Shown here piece by piece: positions 12,735 through 25,900 of a DNA stretch of 64,000 nucleotides (its first letter is position 1; each line of letters starts with the position of its first letter). This DNA is from Malacoraja senta (taxonomy: Eukaryota). The stretch lies in contig CM075992.1 in NCBI GenBank assembly GCA_038087875.1, positions 5,334,001 to 5,398,000 on the forward strand, given 5' to 3'. The notes beneath the pieces were generated by a model. It had not been told where the DNA came from. It did not search any database and saw only the letters and a list, made by a program, of their open reading frames with translations. Position numbers and translations under genes: made by a program.

Positions 12735-13020
12735 GAGACACAGAGCGGAAACAGGCCCTTCAGCCCACTGAGTCGGTGCCAACCAGCGACCACCCCGTAC
12801 ACTAACTTGCACACACGAGGGACAATTTTACACCTTACCAAAGCCAATTAACTTACAAACCTGTGTGTCTTTGGAGTGAGGGAGGAAACCGGAGCACCCA
12901 AAGAAAACCCACGTGGTCACAGGGAGAACGTCGGTACAAACTCTGTGCACACAGCATCCGTGGTCAGGATTGAGCCCAGGTCTCTGGCAGCAACTGTAAC
13001 ATTGTGCCACTGTGCCACCC
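12735..13020 (-). mobile_element. HE1-like SINE
   Basis: Reverse-complement match to the family. Confidence 0.8.
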
Positions 13021-13884
13021 CATACTCTGAATATTGTCAATACCCATAAACCACCCCTGATGTGCCTTGGACCATAAATTTCTCTCCTCATTGTTGAAAT
13101 TTGCAAATGTCCTAACAACATAACTTGATCCGAAACCTTTTAATCTTCAATCTAAAACTGGAATATGAAGGAACAAGATCATGCTTCCATGTCAAGAGAT
13201 TAACCTGGAAACTAGAGTTGGATTACTTGCTCTTTGTTCCTCCATTGTTGCGCTGGGGGCTTTGTGAATGAAAGATCAGCAAGAAGCAAAGCAACAGGTT
13301 TCTTAACGAGGGAAAGGTGAATAGCAAGTGACTGGAGGGCTGTATTGTGATCAGCTTTGCGTGTGTGGATGGGGGAGGTCTGTCAACCAAATGCCTTTTT
13401 CTATGTTTTTCTTTCTTGTTAAAGGAGAAAGGGCAACTCAAGTCAGGAGTATGGGAGAGGTCGGTTGTATTACACAGTTTATTTTTGTTTTTTGCAGCAC
13501 CGATGAATATTTTTCTACAATAAAGGCTTTAATTAAAGGTCTTTTTTCTCTTGATTTTTTTGCAGCCTTTTTTCCTTTTCACTGTAGGTTTTATGTGCAA
13601 TTGATGTATGATTTATGTTTTTGTGCGCTGTCTGAGACTATGTGCCTGTCATGCAGTGACAAGCAAGATTCTCATTGTATCTCTACCTTACCATGCTTCT
13701 GCTTTAGATAATAGACTTGACCTGACTTGACTATTCATAGAAGTTGCTGAGATCTAAGCAATTTACCTAATAATAGAGAAACACCAAAGAATGTATACAG
13801 AGGTTGTGATCTACTGCAGCATTTGATTAAGGAGAGATTGCCTTATTGGGTTACCTTTTTAAACAAGAGCAGTAAACAATAACT

Positions 13885-14378
13885 ATTCTACGTCGGAAGC
13901 CGTAGAATGCCAGAGAGGCCCCTCGTGTTGGCTTATCAAGTGGAAGGCGGTGTCGATGCCTCCCGGATCACCGCATAGAAGCCAGGATCGGGGCCTCGCA
14001 GGTTGCATGGAGGTGACGGGCCTCGCGGGTCGGAGTCCAGGTCGGCGGAGCAGCTGACGGAGCCCACGGCTGGGACCCGGGTCGGCACCACGGAGGCATG
14101 AAGTGGGGCGTCGCCTGTGGTGAAGCCTCGGCTGCGGCAGCAGTGAAGCCTCGCGACGATGGGGCCTCACGGCGGTGGTGAAGCCTCGCTGGTCGACCCG
14201 TGGTCAATGGCTGATGAGAGCGTGGAGGACCACCATGAGGGGGGAGGGGAAGAACAATGGAGGACCCGGCGTGGGGGGGAGGGGGGGAGAACAAAAGAGG
14301 TAGCCGGCATACTTTGTGTGCAAGCAAAGAATTTCACTGTGCCTAGTCACATGTGACAATAAAGTATTCCTATTCCTA
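13885..14378 (+). mobile_element. GC/CpG-rich non-autonomous retroelement with Rex1-like tail
   Basis: CpG-rich body with internal GTGAAGCCTCG repeats, ending GAATTTCACTGTGCCTAGTCACATGTGACAATAAAG(TATTCC)n. Confidence 0.5.
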
Positions 14379-14724
14379 AGGAAGTGACCTATATAAACCT
14401 GTGATGTCCCAGGTGCAAGTGTAGTTTCTGCTGTGTTAGCTGACGTAGCAACAAAGCCTTAACAAATGTCAGTGTCTTTCTACCAGGACTGTCTAACCCA
14501 CCCTTGCCAAATCATTACACAAGGATCTCACGCATTGCAACAGTCAGTAGAATTGCTCTCAAGAGCGCTGTTAACATTCCTCGTCAAAACTCACAGATCA
14601 ATATCAACCCCTCAGGCTCTGCGCGATGGACAACGTGAATCTGCCAGACCTGTTACCCCAACAAAAAGCCAACATGGACAGCAGATTCTCCAATTCTCCA
14701 ATTCATGTTCATAAATGATACAAA

Positions 14725-15055
14725 CAGAATTAGGCCATTCGGCCCATCAAGTCTACTCTGCCATTCAATCCTGGCTGCCCTATCTTTCCCTCTCAACCCC
14801 ATTCCCCTGCCTTCTCCCCATAATCCCTGACACCCGTACCAATCAAGAATCTATTAACCTCTGCCTTAAAAATGTCCATTGGCCTCCACAGCCTTCTGTG
14901 GCAATGAATTCCATAGATACACCACCCTCTGACTAAAGAAATACCTCTTCATCTCCTTCCTGAAGGAACGTCTTTTTATACTGAGGCTATGACCTCTGCT
15001 CCTCGACTCTACCACTAGTGGAAACATCCTCTCCATATCCACTCTATCCAGGCCA
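14725..15055 (-). mobile_element. CR1 LINE 3' fragment
   Basis: TAGGCCATTCGGCCC...GCCATTCAATC CR1 3' end signature. Confidence 0.8.
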
Positions 15056-16931
15056 ATTCTCCAATTTCAGGTAATACTCGCCCCCCTCATTTCCCCCACC
15101 CCCCTCCCCACCTCTCTTTCCTGTGGCCCCCACCCCAGTTCGCACCCATTTCTTCCATTATCCCACCCATTTTTCCCTACCCTCACCCCCACCCCCTCGT
15201 CCTCTGCCACCATTATTCCTCCCTCTGGCTTTACATTTCACTCCCCTGACATATTTTTGTCTCCTTTTTAACTCTAGCCTTTGTCCATCCATTTGCCAAT
15301 ACTAAAAGCCCCTCACCTGTATCCACCGATCATTTCCCAGACTTTGTCTATCCCCCACCAGTCTTTTCCAGGTCTCTCCCCCCCGACTATAATCAGTCTG
15401 AAGAATGGTCCCGACACGAAACATAGCCTGTCCATTCCCTCCATAGATACTGCCTGACCCGCTAAGTTACTCCAGCACTTTGTACTTTACTGAAGAGCGC
15501 ATGGAAATCAGAGGAAAAATAACATAGGTAATTGCAAAAAGCGTCAAGTAACGCCATAAGACTATAAAATATCAGTATATTTCCATGTACGGAATTTAGA
15601 AGATTAATCAAAAACACACGTCTGCCAATTTTCAACTCATATTTACTCTGTCCTGCCTCTCCTCTCGTCCAGCTTTCTTTCCCATCTTCCCTGCAATCAG
15701 TCTGAAGAAGTGTCCTGACCCGAAGCGTCACCTCTCCATGTTTTCCAGAGATGCTGCCTGACCTGCTGAGTTACTCCAGCACTTTGTGTCTTTTTTTGGT
15801 CAACCAGTATCTGCAGTTCCTTGTCATCACATAATGGTTTTTTTTTACAGTGTTTATTACTTTGTCTATTGTTGTACATCTTTGTCTGGGTACCTTCTGG
15901 ATGTCATTTTCTTGAAAGGCAAATCAGAGTGCTGATTAAGAAGTGAAAAGTGCCAGAAACAGAAGTTACTAAACTCGGAGCTGGGGGGGTCATTTCACCA
16001 TCTCACCCCGATCGAACAGCCTCCGTGCAAGCCTGGGGTCACTGAGAGACAAACCCATCCATCACTGGTGCCTGATGGCTGACGGGACCAAGAGGAGGTG
16101 CTTCCTCTGGGACCCGGGGGGACAGTTCTCATGGCCTTCTGAGGCCTGGGAATCCCAGAGAACACTGGGCCAGACAGCTGCTTTCAACATCAGCACAGGC
16201 AGAGGAGCACGATACTCCAGAAAACACAACAGCTGTTACAAGTGTAAAATTGCCGATTAACACTTTGTGTACTCGGTTTCTCTGCATCAAGGGAAGGATG
16301 GCCTTCCTTTGAAATCGAGCTGCTCTGAGCATGTTACTGTACCACTGAGTTCGCCTGGCACTCCTTGCTGGCGGCTGAACAGTTACCAACAAGTAACACA
16401 TAGTACACACCTGTTCAACCATAATCCGCTGCCATTGTTTCATATGTGGAGATTCAGGCACCGAAGGACATTTTATCTGGTGAAATCAGATTTTCTCAGT
16501 AAATCTATGCTGGCAGTGAAATCTGTGAAAAGTGAACTAGCGACAGCCTTCTGGGCTCAGACGTAGCCTCTGAGATGCGTAGAGCTCGCACGTTCTCCCA
16601 GTGATCACGAGGGCTTCTTCCGGGTGCTCCGGTTTCCTCCCACATCCCAAAGACGGGAGAGCTAGCAGGAGAATCAGCTGCTGTAAATTAAACCCCAAGT
16701 ATGTAGGTGGGTGTAGAATTCAAGGAAGCAAATAAAAGAAATGTGGGAGAATTGGTTGAGGAGAATTAATGCTGGAATGGGTTTGGTTTGTGTGCCATCA
16801 TTACTAGATGGGCCAAATGGCCTCTTTCTTTGCATTAAATAGATATGGAACCAGGTATTAAGTTTGAGCACATTGTCAGGCAGAATTAACAAATGACAGC
16901 CACAAGGAGAGGAACTGGATTCAGATTGAGT

Positions 16932-16959
16932 CTGAAGAAGGGTTTCGGCCCGAAACGTT
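16932..16959 (+). ncRNA. Minimal hammerhead ribozyme motif in PLE module (16923-17058)
   Basis: CTGAAGAAGGGTTTCGGCCCGAAACGTT. Module flanked by TSD AACTGGATTC (16913-16922, 17059-17068). Confidence 0.7.
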
Positions 16960-18015
16960 GCCTTTTTCCTTCACTCCATAGATGCTGCTGTACCCGCTGA
17001 GTTTCTCCACCACTTTTGTCTACCTTCGATTTTCCAGCATCTGCAGTTCCTTCTTAAAAACTGGATTCCCCTAAAGACTGTGTGTAGTCAGCCCCACCAT
17101 GGGATGTTTTAGGGATGATTTGTGATGGCCTCCAGTCCAATTGCCTGCCGAAACACTCACTTTTCATCAGTATTCCTACCTAAGACCATTTCACCTTTTA
17201 AAATTGTCTGTCTGACATTTATATTTCCTTACAGCAGAGGCCATTCAGTCCATCGAGTCTATACCAGCCCACACATGTAATCCCATTCCCCACTAAACTT
17301 CCCTGCAAGCTACTCCCATTAACACTGCACTACTCCCATCCAACTCCAGATTCTATCACCCACCTACAGTAGGGGCATTTACAACAGCTAATTAATCTAC
17401 CAATACTGGAGTGACTCAATGGGTCAGGCAGCAACTGTGAAGAACATGGATCGATGATGTTACGGGTCGGTACCCAAGGGCCATGATGGGTTTAAAAGGA
17501 GCGCGGGAAATGGGGCCCCAGTGCATCAAAGGGAGTGTGGAATTCAACACCAGTTGAACCAGATACAAATCACAGGGAATCCTGATTAATGGGATAGCGG
17601 TTTATCGGAGTTCGACTGGTACTGTGGTATGATGGGATTGCTGTGGGCAAACATGAACTGGGAGTGGAGCAGGAGGTGTGGATGCAAGTATGGGGTGAGG
17701 AGCCAAAATAAAGATTCTTTGGCCTAACCAGGATCGATAAGAATGGAGCCAGGAATAGGGTGCGCTGGGGAGGCATGGAAAGGTCAACAAGGAAGAGTGA
17801 GGAGAGATGGATCACCTTTGTGTCAGTTGGTCAGGGCGTCAGGAATTACTTTGCTAGGAGCCATTTTAAGATGTAAATAGGAATGGAAAGCCTAATGTGA
17901 CAAGGTCTAGGAATAGCCATGGGTTCACAAAGCTCCAGCACAGATTTTGGAGAGAAAAAGGTAGGTCAGAGATGAAGCAGTAGATAGCAAGTAGGGACTT
18001 GTCCAAGTCAAGTCA

Positions 18016-19933
18016 TAGAAACATAGAAACATAGAAACATAGAAAATAGGTGCAGGAGTAGGCCATTCGGCCCTTCGAGCCTGCACCGCCATTCAATATG
18101 ATCATGGCTGATCATCCAACTCAGTATCCTGTACCTGCTTTCCCTCCATACCCCCTGATCCCTTTAGCCACAAGGGCCACATCTAACTCCCTCTTAAATA
18201 TAGCCAATGAACTGGCCTCAACTACCTTCTGTGGCAGAGAATTCCAGAGATTCACCACTCTCTGTGTGAAAAATGTTTTCCTCATCTCGGTCCTAAAAGA
18301 TTTCCCCCTTATCCTTAAACTGTGACCCCTTGTTCTGGACTTCCCCAACATCGGGAACAATCTTCCTGCATCTAGCCTGTCCAACCCCTTAAGAATTTTG
18401 TGCTTTTCTATAAGATCCCCCCTCAATCTTCTAAATTCTAGCGAGTACAAACCGAGTCTATCCAGTCTTTCTTCATATGAAAGTCCTGACATCCCAGGAA
18501 TCAGTCTGGTGAACCTTCTCTGTACTCCCTCTATGGCAAGAATGTCTTTCCTCAGATTAGGAGACCAAAACTGTACGCAATACTCCAGGTGTGGTCTCAC
18601 CAAGACCCTGTACAACTGCAGTAGAACCTCCCTGCTCGTATACTCAAATCCTTTTGCTATGAATGCTAACATACCATTTGCCTTCTTCACTGCCTGCTGC
18701 ACCTGCATGCCTACTTTTAATGACTGGTGTACCATGACACCCAGGTCTCGTTGCATCTCCCCTTTTCCTAATCGGCCACCATTCAGATAATAGTCTACTT
18801 TCCTGTTTTTGCCACCAAAGTTGATAACCTCGCATTTATCCACATTATACTGCATCTGCCATGCATTTGCCCACTCACCCAGCCTATCCAAGTCACCTTG
18901 CAGCCTACGAGCATCCTCCTCACAGCTAACACTGCCCCCCAGCTTCGTGTCATCCGCAAACTTGGAGATGTTGCATTCAATTCCCTCATCCAAATCATTA
19001 ACATAGCTGGGGTCCCAGCACTGAGCCTTGCGGTACCCCACTAGTCACTGCCTGCCATTGTGAAAATGACCCATTTACTCCTACTCTTTGCTTCCTGTCT
19101 GCCAGCCAGTTCTCTATCCACATCAATACTGAACCCCCAATACCGTGTGCTTTAAATTTGTATACTAATCTCTTATGTGGGACCTTGTCGAAAGCCTTCT
19201 GAAAGTCCAGATACAACACATCCACTGGTTCTCCCTTATCCACTCTACTAGTTACATCCTCGAAAAATTCTATAAGATTCGTCAGACATGATTTACCTTT
19301 CATAAGTCCGACGTTAGACTAACTGGTCTGTAATTCCCCGTTTTCTCTCTCCCTTTTTAAAAAGTGGGGTTACATTAGCTACCCTCCAATCCTCAGGAAC
19401 TACTCCAGAATCTAAAGAGTTTTGAAAAATTATCACTAATGCATCCACTATTTCTGGGGCTACTTCCTTAAGTACTCTGGGATGCAGCCTATCTGGCCCT
19501 GGGGATTTATCGGCCTTTAATCCATTCAATTTACCTAACACCACTTCCCGGCTAACCTGGATTTCACTCAGTTCCTCCATCTCATTTGACCCCCGGTCCC
19601 CTGCTATTTCTGGCAGATTATTTATGTCTTCCTTAGTGAAGACAGAACCAAAGTAGTTATTCAATTGGTCTGCCATGTCCTTGTTCCCCATGATCAATTC
19701 ACCTGTTTCTGACTGCAAGGGACCTACATTTGTTTTAACTAATCTTTTTCTCTTCACATATCTATAAAAGCTTTTGCAGTCAGTTTTTATGTTCCCTGCC
19801 AGTTTTCTTTCATAATCTATTTTCTCTTTCCTAATTAAGCCCTTTGTCCTCCTCTGCTGGACTCTGAATTTCTCCCAGTCCTCTGGTAGGCTGCTTTTTC
19901 TGCCTAATTTGTACGCTTCATCTTTTGTTTTGT
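18016..19933 (-). mobile_element. 5'-truncated CR1 LINE, ORF2 RT region (frameshifted)
   Basis: ORFs 19314-19958, 18998-19303 and 18121-19041 contain KSPGPD..HPRVLKE, LDFQKAFDKVPH, SGVPQGSVLGP, KFADDTK and WNSLP. Tail (TTTCTATG)n. Confidence 0.97.
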
Positions 19934-19995
19934 CGTCACTTTTATTTCTATAGCACATTTAAAAAACAACTCTCGTTGACCAAAGTGCTTTACAT
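19934..19995 (-). mobile_element. L2-type 3' tail split by the CR1 insertion
   Basis: Reverse complement TGTAAAGCACTTTGG...TGTGCTATAGAAATAAAGTGAC. Its (TTGAC)n tail continues on the other side of the CR1 at about 18005-18015. Confidence 0.55.
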
Positions 19996-21039
19996 TGGTA
20001 CATACAGTGCTTTACATCCAGGATTACTTTCCTGAAGAGACAGCAACAGATAGGTCTGAATTAAGGAGGGAACGATGGGCCCCTAAGAAATAAATGTTAG
20101 CCGTCATCGAACGCAGGCTGCAGGAAGGGACGGTAAGCGATCAACTGCTGAAGGGCGAGACAGACAGGGCACGAGGGGAGACAGCGAGAAAGATGAAGAT
20201 GCAAGGAACTGCAGATGCTGGAATCTTGAGCAAACACAAAGTGCTGGAGGAACTCAGTGGGAAATTCAGCATCTGGGGAGGGAATGAACAAATGACATTT
20301 TGGGCTTCAGACTTCTTCAGACTTCAGATTGTCAGACTGGGACACACTTATCTGATGTATCTTTACTCTGAGATCAAGCAGTGCGATCTCTACACAGAAA
20401 TGAGTCACACTGTACCTGACCAAAACAGCCAACTGACAATGATAGATAATAATCGTACATCACCCGGGATGAAAGTGCTGCTGTGGCATTGCCTTGGTAC
20501 ATTTGGAGTCAGTGTTGACAGCTGAGGAACACATTGCTTCATTGCTATCCCATGCTCTGGATCAGGACCTTTCTTCAGAATCAGATACAGATGAAGCTTT
20601 GGACTTAGGTGCGTTAATTGTTTAATGTAATGTTAAATGATTGAAGGTAATAGAAATTCAAACTAACTTTTATATATGAATGGACCGATTTCACGTCTTT
20701 ACAATGGGACTGAAGGATGAACTGTTTTGGATATTGCCTGTGCTAAACTGAAACATGCCACTGTGAAGTCGCTTTATTGCAGTGTAACAGAGCCTGGAGG
20801 CTCTACATCAAACAGTCAGCACATCCTTAATTAGCATGGTAATGCTGAACTCTTTATGGTGTTGAAGGTGGGGGACGTTGCAAAGTTTGCCAGACAGCCT
20901 CCAGACTTGAGTTAACAGCTGGACAGGGAGCCCAGAAACCAGGGACTGTTTGCAAAGCCTCTCATTTACACACACGCACACTGCACCAACCACCCACCCG
21001 CCTGATTTGTTTTGCTTTTGTTTACGTATCTTTTCCCAG

Positions 21040-21191
21040 ATTTCTTGCGGTTTCCCTTTCACTGCTGGTCTGAGAGGCAGCGAAAACGGGTGCAGGAAAG
21101 TAGTCCGCAAGATCCTAATGCCCCCTCTGTGTTAAAGGAGAGCAATGTGAATGCTCTGGGCAGGCTCACTTTACCACTGTCCAAAGAACGG
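21040..21191 (+). other. Weak candidate coding exon
   Basis: Long pyrimidine tract ttttcccag|, open frame (D)FLRFPFHCWSERQRKRVQESSPQDPNAPSVLKESNVNALGRLTLPLSKER, weak donor CGG|GTACCG. Confidence 0.25.
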
Positions 21192-21284
21192 GTACCGTCA
21201 GAAGAAAGAAGGAACTGCAGATGCTGATTTACACCAAAGATAGACACAAAGACTCCGAATGTACCTAGGCAATGCCTAGGTACA

Positions 21285-21900
21285 GAAAGCACATCAGCGC
21301 CTCTACTTCCTGAGATGATTATGGGGAGTCGGTATGTCAAGGAGGATTCTCTCTAACTTCCACAGGTGCACAGTAGAGAGCATGCTGACCGGTTGCATGG
21401 TGGCTTGGTTCGGCAACTTGAGCGCCCAGGAGCGGAAAAGACTACAAAAAGTAGTAAACACTGCCCAGTCCATCATCGGCTCTGACCTCCCTACCATCGA
21501 GGGGATCTATGGCAGTCGCTGCCTCAAAAAGGCAGGCAGCATCATCAAGGACCCATACCATCCTGGCCACACACTCATCTCCCCGCTACCTTCAGGTAGA
21601 AGGTACAGGAGCCTGAAGACTGCAACGTCCAGGTTCAGAAATAGCTGCTTCCCCACAGCCATCAGGCTATTAAACTCAACTGAAACAAATCTCTGAACAC
21701 TAATAGACCATTATCTGTTTATTTGCAGTTTATCTGCTTATTTATTGATGTGTGTATATATTTATATAATGGTGTATGGACACACTGATATGATATGTTC
21801 TGTATTTGTGCCTATTATATTCCTTTGTGCTGATGCAAAGCAAGAATTTCATTGTCCTATCTGCGACACATGACAATAAACTCTCTTGACTTGGCTTGAC
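21285..21900 (+). mobile_element. Rex1/Babar-clade LINE 3' fragment
   Basis: ORF 21334-21696 (FHRCTVESMLTGC..AWFGN...DPYHPGH....LPSGRRYRS...RFRNS.FP.AIRLLN) is typical of the Rex1-type C-terminus. Tail ACAATAAA..(CTTGA)n. Confidence 0.9.
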
Positions 21901-22539
21901 AGCAGCACCTTCATCCGGGGTGATGTACAATAATTATCTAACACTGTCAGTTGGCTGTTTTGGCCAGGTACAGTGTTACTGTGTAAAGAACCCGCTTCTT
22001 GATCTCAGTGTAAAGATACATCAGATCATTGTGTCCCTGTCTGGCAAGCCAAAGACTGAAGTAGGGTGCTGAGCCAAAACGTCGCCTGTCCATTCCCCCC
22101 ACAGATGCTGCCTGACCCACTGAGTTCCTCCAGCAGTTGGTGTTTTGCTCAATCTAATTTGGTCTCCGATCGAAAGATTTCTACTTCCTGATTCATCCCC
22201 TGTCTTTGCAGCTTCTCATTGTCCCAATGTGGTGCTAAATTTGACAGGACACTGGGTTGACTGCCTGGACACATTTGATGTGGGATCAGTTGAATTGTCA
22301 GGTAATTGGCCTCTGTAAATTGCCCCTAGTGTGTCAGGAGTAGATGAGAAAGTGGGATAATACAGAACGAGTGTGAATGGGTGATCGATGGTCGGCATGG
22401 ACTCGGTGGAACGAAGGAACTGTTGCCACGCTGTATACCTGGACTTAAATAAATAGAATGATGATAGTGCACGATATGTGGCTTACACAGTATGTCTTTA
22501 TACATACAGTATCAGCAGATGCTATTCCAAATAATTTTG

Positions 22540-22830
22540 AGGGTGGCACAGCGGTAGAGTTGCTGCTTTACAGCGCTAGAGACCCTGACTACTGGGCTTG
22601 TCTGTACGGAGTTTGTACATTCTCCCTGTGACCCTTGTGGGTTTTCTACAGTTTCCCCCCACGCTCCAAAGTCGTACAAGTTTGTTGGTTAATTGGCTTG
22701 GTATAATTGTAAATTGTCCGTCGTGTGTGTAGGATAGTGCTCGTGTGCGGGGATCGCTGGTCGGCGCGGACTCGGTGGGCTGAAGGGCCTGTTTCCATGC
22801 TGTATCTCTAAACTAAACAAAACTAAACTA
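22540..22830 (+). mobile_element. HE1-like SINE
   Basis: Full-length family match with (CTAAA)n tail. Confidence 0.85.
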
Positions 22831-23479
22831 ATTGTTTACATTGCACAGTGCCAGTTTATAGCTCAGTCGAAGTCAACTTGTCTAATGAATGCAGATCAAT
22901 GGTGAATTAGACGTTGTCTCTGATCAGTGTGAGCATGCTGACAGGCCTGTGTTGGGTTGATACATGTGGTGTTAATAATGTTTGGTTGGTTCACAACCTC
23001 AGCAACAGGGCTAATTATTTGTCCGTCTCCTGTGTGAATATTTGCAATGGATTCTCCAGAAAATAGTTCATACTTTCTAAAGAAAGGCATATTATAAATA
23101 AATCACTGATCAAATAGACACAAAATGCTGGAATAACAGCGAGACAGGCAGCATCTCTGGAGAGAAGAAATGGGTGACATTTCGGGTCAAACACTATTGT
23201 CCTAAATATTTTGGAGCTATGATAACTTATTTTTTAAGAGAGTGATCTATTTTAATACTTAAAATAAAAACAAACATGCTGGTAACACTCAGCTGATCCA
23301 TGTCCTCGACAGTGGAAATGGATGCCATTCGACTCATCGGGTTTATGCTAGTTTACAGAGCAATATCATCCTCTCGCTAATTTTCCCTGTAACCTATTCT
23401 TCCCACATTCTGGTTAACTGCCCTCAGATTCTATCTCCCACCTGCGTTAGGCCCAGTTAACATGCCAACACGCACATCA

Positions 23480-23641
23480 CCTGTGAAAAGACCGCTGTCA
23501 AATGGACAAGATGGTGGCGCTGAGCTCCCCTTGGTCTCAGGCTGGCTGATTGATGTTCGTGCATGCACAACTGATCCGGCCCGCATGAAGTCGCATTTTG
23601 CCCAATCCGGCCCGTGGCCTAAAATTAGTTTGACACCCCTG
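23480..23641. mobile_element. hAT (Charlie-like) DNA transposon end
   Basis: Ends ...CCGGCCCG...AGTTTGACACCCCTG (reverse complement CAGGGGTGTCAAACT). Only one end seen. Confidence 0.55.
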
Positions 23642-23644
23642 ATC

Positions 23645-23992
23645 TCAACCATTCCTACCCATGTATTTGTCCAAGTGTTTTTTAAACGCTGTTTTGGTAC
23701 CTGCATCAACTCTGGTAGCTCGTTCCATATTCCCATCATCCTCTGGGTGAAAAGTTGCCTCCTAGCCTAGGTTCCTATTATATATTTCCCAACTCACCTT
23801 AAACCTGTGTCTTTAAACCTCTGGTTCTTGATTCCCCTACCCTGTGGGTAAAAGACTCTGTACATTTACCTTATCTATTATACTCACTTTTTTATACATC
23901 ACCCCTCAGCCTCCTGCACTCCAAGGGATAAAGTCCAAGCCTGCCCAACCTCTCCCTGTAGCTCAGGCCCTCGGGTCCTGGCAACATCCTCC
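23645..23992 (-). mobile_element. CR1 LINE 3' fragment
   Basis: Similar to 36720-37065 and 39200-39482. Confidence 0.75.
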
Positions 23993-25000
23993 TAAAATTA
24001 AAGAAGGATCAAAATAAAATGTTAGCTGAGTGGGGGTCCACAGTTCAGTGGTCTGGATAGATAAAGCTTTTAATCTGCCGTCACCCACCAGCTGTGCTCC
24101 CATTCTTCACAACTGTACTGGGGATGATGGGCTGGGGAATGATGTGCCAAAACCAGTCCCTTCTCACCTCATGAGAGAACGGGGAAGAGGGAACATAGTT
24201 GACTGGGGTCACCATGGGGCAATTCTTTACATCTCCTCACGTCTATCTCGAGTGCAACCATTGACAGGCATCTGGCAACAGATCATATAGCAAAACCTGC
24301 AGCTGTGGGATGAAGCTGGCAGACTTGTGGAAGCAGTGAAATATATTATGAAGAAGGATTAAAATATGAGAGTTAGCCAATTTACTGCTTGTCACCCCTG
24401 GAACCTGAATCTGATTCCAGCTCAAACTGATGGGATAAAATTTGCATTTACCAGTGTTGAATGGATGCATTAACAAACACATTGGAACAGTCCAACCTCT
24501 GACCCCTGTGATAGTCTCACAGCTGGTAACAGCTGTAATTTATCCCCAAAAATTGGAAGCTTTGATCCAACGACAAGTGGCTGTGACAAATGGAAATGCT
24601 GCGTTAATGGGGGAGTGAGAGGTGTTGGTGAGACTGGCCTGAAGATGCAGATTCAGGACTGAGAGCTTCGGACTACAGACGGCATGAACTCAGAACCCTG
24701 ACTGAAATAGTCCCCCAGTGCCAAAACGTTTCATTCCTCAGTCCTGACATCACCCCGTGGACGACAAGTTTTGCCAAATGGTAATTTATAAATACTTCTT
24801 GAGTCGAAAAGCTACACTGGAATGAATGCATAAAACGTGGAATATTATTGCAATATTACAAGCATATTCAAGGCAGCATACCGCATCAAATCAAATTTGT
24901 CACAGAATGTGAAGGCACCAATCTTAAGAGGCGGAATTCTTAACTCAAGCCAAAGAGGCTAAAAATATGGATTTCAAGGAGAGAAATAGGCAGTACAATG

Positions 25001-25150
25001 ATAGAAACATAGAAAATAGGTGCAGGGGTAGGCCATTCGGCCCTTCGAGCCTGCACCGCCATTCAATATGATCATGGCTGATCATCCAACTCAGTATCCC
25101 GTGCCTGCCTTCTCTCCATACCCCCTGATCCCTTTAGCCACAAGGGCCAC
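25001..25150 (-). mobile_element. Short CR1 3' end
   Basis: Near-identical to 18030-18180. Confidence 0.9.
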
Positions 25151-25460
25151 GTTAATGCAGCTGGTAGAGCTGCTGTCTCGAAGGCCCGGGTTCAATCTTG
25201 ACCTCAGGTGTTGCTGTGTGGAGTTTGCACTTTCTCCCCTGTGACTACATGGATTTCCTCCGGGTGCTCCGGTTTCCTCCCACATCTTAAAGACGTGGGG
25301 ATCTGTAGGTTAAACGCCCACTGTAAAGTTGCCCCAGGTGTGTAGGGAATGGATGTGAAAGTGGGATAACATAGAACTAGTGTGAATGGGTGATTGATGG
25401 GTGGTTGGTGTGGACTCGGTGGGGTGGGCCGAATGGCCTGTTTTCACGTTGTATCTTTCA
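25151..25460 (+). mobile_element. HE1-like SINE
   Basis: Family match; head abuts the 5' truncation point of the CR1. Confidence 0.8.
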
Positions 25461-25744
25461 ACCAATTCAATGATTAAAAAAAGGGAAAAAGTTACAATTT
25501 GAAAAGCCCCAAATAGTTTACACCAGTACACACTCAGAGTTCTGAATCAATTGTGCTGGGAACCATGTAATCAGTATTTGCAGAGGTTCCTACATCTGAA
25601 TGCACTTTACGACAAGTGTTAAAATAGATGATGAGCCAGACCTTCCCCTGAACATGTGGCAGTCCACTTACTGGAAGGTTACAATGATTTGTACCTTTGT
25701 CAATCATCTCAGCTGGAAGCAAAATATCTCTTGGTAGCATCCCA

Positions 25745-25900
25745 TGCGAACCATCTCTGGTCAAAAGATCACAGGCTTTGATTCCACTTCAGAAACATGA
25801 GCAGTTAATTTAGGCAACCATTTCAGAGCGGTCCTGAGAGAGTGCCGCTCTGTTGGAAGTGCGGAGTTTTGAATGAAACCACTAAATGGACAACCTCTTT
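25745..25900 (+). mobile_element. Ancient DeuSINE (SacSINE1/AmnSINE-like) relic
   Basis: TAGGCAACCATTTCAGAGCGGTCCTGAGAGAGTGCCGCTCTGTTGGAAGTGC..TTTTGAATGAAAC resembles the Deu-domain as I recall it. Confidence 0.5.

Noticed and set aside
18121..19958. Host reverse-transcriptase gene
   Set aside because: Frameshifted, 5'-truncated CR1 ORF2 with the typical octamer tail.
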